A stretch of DNA of 64,000 nucleotides from assembly GCA_017433415.1 (NCBI GenBank), contig JAFRHI010000016.1, positions 2,684 to 66,683 on the forward strand, read 5' to 3'. Shown one piece after another: positions 60,844 through 64,000 of this stretch; position 1 is the stretch's first letter; each line of letters starts with the position of its first letter. The notes below the pieces were generated by a model. That model was given only the letters and a program-made list of their open reading frames with translations, did not search any database and was not told the DNA's origin. The translations under genes were made by a program, and so were the position numbers. The stretch comes from Bacilli bacterium. GTDB lineage: Bacteria > Bacillota_I > Bacilli_A > RF39 > UBA660.

Positions 60844-62273
60844 TTTTTCTCCTCCAATACTCTAGCCATTAATACTCCTGATGCAGAAGCCATCATAAGT
60901 CCAATAGTTAATCCTCCACCTGTACCAATTGAATAGAGATTTTTTAGTGATGTTTCAAAATTTTTATTTATTATCAGTTCATTCCCATAGAACTTTATTT
61001 CTGGTCCATACATTAGATTATCATTATTGGCAAATCCAGGAATTATTTTATCTACTCTTTGAATAAATTCAATCAAATTATTTATTGTCCGATAATCAAG
61101 GATATAACTTAGATCATATGGATATGCTGACTCCATTGTTGGTTTTATTGAATTTTTTTTCATTTTTTGAGAAGTTGTTTTTTCTTTGTTCAATAAATCT
61201 CCAAATCTTTGAACTATTACAGTGCCACCACTTATTAAATTGGCTTTTTGGGCTATATTAAATCCATACTCAATCGGTTGATGAAAGGGAGAAGAAAATT
61301 TATATGATACTAATATTGCAAGGTTAGTATTATTACTTTTTTTATCTTTATAGGCATGTCCGTTTACTAGAGTATAACCATTATCATATGTCTCTGGTGT
61401 AACAAAACCACTTGGGTTTTGACAATATGTTCTTATTTTGTCGTTGTAACATTTTGAATGAGCTATTATTTTACTCTCATATAACAAATCATTTACATAT
61501 TGCATTGTACTGTTTGCCAATTCATAACGAATTCCTATATCCATATAGCCATTTCTCTTTTTTATTTTATATTTTAAACACAGTTGTTCTAACCAACTTG
61601 AACCATCTACTCCAACAGCAAGAATAACTTTATCAGCGTATATTTTTTTGTTTTTACTAATAATACCAATAACTTTTTTGTCTTCTACTATTAAATCAAT
61701 TATTTCTTCTTCAAAGAGCATATCAACTTTTTTTTCTAAATATTTTTCTAATTTATAAAATAATTCATGGGATTTTTCGGTACCTAAATGTCTAATTGGA
61801 ACATCTATTAATGATAATTTTTCTTTTTTGGCCTTTTCTTGTAAATCATGTATTTCTGTTATTCTTTCCATTCCTTTTAAAGAACTTGCTTCTCCAAATT
61901 CTAAGTAGATGTTATCAACATATTTCATTACCGCTTTTATTTTAGAATTTGGATAATATTTTTTTATATAACTATCATCTTTACCACCAATATATAAATC
62001 TTTTGCAGATTTATTATATGATGATAAATGATATGATAATAATTTACCATCAGAGAATGCTCCAGCTCCAGAAAAGCCTCCTATTATATTGCATATAGGT
62101 TTACATTTTAAACATTTTCCTGTATCTTTTATGGGACAAATCCTCTTCTCTACTCTTTTACCTTTATCAATTAAAAGGATTTTCTTTTTTGATTTTATTT
62201 TTGTTAATTCATAGGCACAAAATATTGAACTAGGACCCATACCAACTATTATTACATCATATTTGTCTTGCAT
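60840..62273 (-). CDS. FAD-dependent oxidoreductase (COG2509-like)
   Basis: N-terminal YDVIIVGMGPSSIFCA dinucleotide-binding fold, internal Cys pair CLKCKPIC and C-terminal GGGLTIG. Overlaps queC by 4 nt. Confidence 0.55.
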   Translation of the reverse strand: MQDKYDVIIVGMGPSSIFCAYELTKIKSKKKILLIDKGKRVEKRICPIKDTGKCLKCKPICNIIGGFSGAGAFSDGKLLSYHLSSYNKSAKDLYIGGKDDSYIKKYYPNSKIKAVMKYVDNIYLEFGEASSLKGMERITEIHDLQEKAKKEKLSLIDVPIRHLGTEKSHELFYKLEKYLEKKVDMLFEEEIIDLIVEDKKVIGIISKNKKIYADKVILAVGVDGSSWLEQLCLKYKIKKRNGYMDIGIRYELANSTMQYVNDLLYESKIIAHSKCYNDKIRTYCQNPSGFVTPETYDNGYTLVNGHAYKDKKSNNTNLAILVSYKFSSPFHQPIEYGFNIAQKANLISGGTVIVQRFGDLLNKEKTTSQKMKKNSIKPTMESAYPYDLSYILDYRTINNLIEFIQRVDKIIPGFANNDNLMYGPEIKFYGNELIINKNFETSLKNLYSIGTGGGLTIGLMMASASGVLMARVLEEKN

Positions 62274-62923
62274 AATTTTTTATTTCTTCCTTTTTCATTT
62301 CTTTCAAAACCATATATATCATTTAATTGTTCTAATAGTTTTTTTCTTTCTTCTTCTTTTGTTTTTAAATAAGCACATGTAATTACATGACATGTTTTTA
62401 CTACATCCTCTAATGATAATTCTGTTGTATCTATTCCTACATAAGGAATATTATAACTATGGAGAAATTCTAACATTGTAGCATACCCATCAGCTAGAGC
62501 CTCTGGATTATCTAGATCTTCATCATAAGGATTTCTTTTTCTAATTCTTTTGATTCTTTCTTCTGTTGGTGCATATAACAAGAATGTTAAATCTGGTATT
62601 ACTCCTAGTGATAAAATTGTTTCTAGCATTTTCTTATTAATATTATCTTTTTCATAGTACGCTAAGGAAGTTATACTTCTTTCGACTATAGAATCAAAAC
62701 TATCTGAGTTATCAATCATACATCTTAATGTAAAGAATAAAGCTGACATTTTTTTGTTATTACTATTTCTAACATAATTTACAAATTCTTTATAAAATTC
62801 TTTATCCATTCCTAATTTATCGATTAATTTTTGTTCAAAATGTTCATATCCTAAACTTTTTGCTAGTAATTTCGCAACTGAACTTTTTCCTACTCCATCC
62901 ATTCCTTCAATAGCAATATTCAT
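62252..62923 (-). CDS. thymidylate-kinase-like P-loop NMP kinase
   Basis: IAIEGMDGVGKSS (cf. Tmk I.FEG.DGAGK.T). Overlaps the oxidoreductase gene by 22 nt. Confidence 0.55.
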   Translation of the reverse strand: MNIAIEGMDGVGKSSVAKLLAKSLGYEHFEQKLIDKLGMDKEFYKEFVNYVRNSNNKKMSALFFTLRCMIDNSDSFDSIVERSITSLAYYEKDNINKKMLETILSLGVIPDLTFLLYAPTEERIKRIRKRNPYDEDLDNPEALADGYATMLEFLHSYNIPYVGIDTTELSLEDVVKTCHVITCAYLKTKEEERKKLLEQLNDIYGFERNEKGRNKKLCKTNMM

Positions 62924-62931
62924 AAATCCTC

Positions 62932-63591
62932 CTAATTATTTTCTAATTTTTTATACGCATTAATTATTTTATATGTTAGTGGTGTTGCAATGGCTTCATA
63001 TGTTACTTTCCAGGTATATTGGCTAACAATCATTGTAAGTACTACTGATGTTGGAACTGTTCCTATGAATGCTATTGTTGCAAATAGTAAAGTATCTAGT
63101 AATTCACCTACTATTGTGGAACCAATTGTTCTCATCCATAAATGTTTTCCTTTAGTTAATTTCTTTATCAAGTCTAGTGTAAAGGCATTAGATAGGCTAC
63201 CTATTAACATTGCTGATAGAGATGCAATAAACATTCTAGGTGTTGTTCCAAGTATACTTGCATATTCATTTTGTAAATTCCAGGTGGCGGCTGCTGGTAA
63301 CTTTATTGTTAGTACGTAGAACAATGCCATAAATGCATTACAACTGAATCCTAATAGAATAACAAATCTGGCTTTTTTATATCCATATACTTCAGCTATA
63401 ATATCACCAATAATATATGTAATTGGAAATAACAGAGCTGATGTAGGTAGTACAATCTTTCCAATACTAAATAACTTAATAGATGTTGTATTAGATATTA
63501 GTAATAATACTGTAGACATTACTGTTATTAAGACAAAGTATAGTGAATATTTTTCCTTTCTTATATTTTCTTTCTTTTCGTTTCTTTTCAT
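62932..63591 (-). CDS. yhhQ: queuosine-precursor (preQ0/preQ1) transporter, YhhQ/DUF165 family
   Basis: FPITYIIGDIIAEVYGYKKARFVILLGF aligns with E. coli YhhQ FPLTYITGDIVAEVYGFRAARRVIWTGL; six TMs. Confidence 0.8.
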   Translation of the reverse strand: MKRNEKKENIRKEKYSLYFVLITVMSTVLLLISNTTSIKLFSIGKIVLPTSALLFPITYIIGDIIAEVYGYKKARFVILLGFSCNAFMALFYVLTIKLPAAATWNLQNEYASILGTTPRMFIASLSAMLIGSLSNAFTLDLIKKLTKGKHLWMRTIGSTIVGELLDTLLFATIAFIGTVPTSVVLTMIVSQYTWKVTYEAIATPLTYKIINAYKKLENN

Positions 63592-63745
63592 TGCATATTC
63601 CTCCTTAATTGCATTATAATTCGATATTTAAAAAAAGAATAATGCTTATTTTTTTGGATACTTATTAGTTTTTTTTATTAAAAATTTAAGTTATTATGAC
63701 ACTAAAAAAAGTTATACTAAATAACTTTTATATTTAATATAACTT

Positions 63746-64000
63746 TTATTTATAATTACCATTATTTAATACTTTTCTTAAAACTTTATTAGCACTTTCT
63801 TCTTCTATAACTCTTGGATCATGATATTTTATTTCAGTATAGTTATCTACTTTTATTGTTGGAATATTGGCCCTTAAGGCAGCATCTATTCCTCTTTTTG
63901 AATCTTCTATTGCCAAGGAATCTTCAGGTTTTATTCCTACTATTTCTAAAGCTTGGAGATATGCTTCCTCATCGGGTTTTAATTTTTTTACATCTTCTCT
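63746..64000 (-). CDS. HAD-IA family phosphatase (C-terminal part; N-terminus lies beyond the window end)
   Basis: Minus-strand translation ...DVKKLKPDEEAYLQALEIVGIKPEDSLAIEDSKRGIDAALRANIPTI... is the HAD motif III region (K-x-KP ... EDS..G..AA). This ORF is absent from the supplied ORF track because it runs off the window. Confidence 0.55.
   Translation of the reverse strand, partial: REDVKKLKPDEEAYLQALEIVGIKPEDSLAIEDSKRGIDAALRANIPTIKVDNYTEIKYHDPRVIEEESANKVLRKVLNNGNYK

Overview
This is a 64-kb window of very AT-rich (roughly 27-30% GC by eye) Firmicutes-like chromosome; Clostridia/Erysipelotrichia-type is a guess. The guess rests on the spore-germination GerA homolog, a class B sortase, a MucBP adhesin, a SipW-type signal peptidase and the tRNA and T-box architecture. 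Almost every gene is on the minus strand.

Ordinary content:
- A partial tag gene.
- A MacB-type ABC exporter.
- TraX and PAP2 proteins.
- A DUF853 NTPase.
- A class B sortase with an NPKTA-bearing substrate.
- An ABC-2 exporter and a CDF transporter.
- RumA/RlmD.
- A GerA-family protein.
- aspS with a T-box leader (GAC specifier).
- A giant MucBP/low-complexity adhesin.
- trxA-trxB under a MarR regulator.
- tRNA-Leu(TAG) and tRNA(CAT).
- A PfkB kinase.
- TtcA.

Three regions stand out:

1. 58.4-64.0 kb is a tightly overlapping minus-strand operon: HAD phosphatase, YhhQ (preQ0/preQ1 transporter), Tmk-like kinase, FAD oxidoreductase, QueC, Gpt-like phosphoribosyltransferase, dNK-like kinase, Ham1/RdgB NTP pyrophosphatase. 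QueD, QueE and FolE are not visible in the window. This looks like a 7-deazapurine base-to-nucleotide (toyocamycin-logic) pathway or a non-canonical nucleotide salvage or modification system, rather than ordinary queuosine biosynthesis.

2. 52.4-58.3 kb is a SipW-type signal-peptidase locus. Three or four paralogous proteins carry SipW-cognate (TasA/camelysin-like) signal peptides. The SipW domain is fused in frame to a polytopic membrane domain. There is also a 63-aa truncated paralog containing a Cys pair.

3. 17.2-23.0 kb is an island of small nucleotide-hydrolase genes: two HD paralogs, two NUDIX, an NDT-like protein and an ORF6N antirepressor-like protein. They share a conserved 5' leader module of about 35-100 nt and duplicated 3' flanks.

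Other points of interest are a near-perfect tandem repeat of about 210 bp inside the adhesin gene, two adjacent large membrane-anchored proteins with a novel Cys/YGK repeat, and an orphan type IV pilin-like gene.
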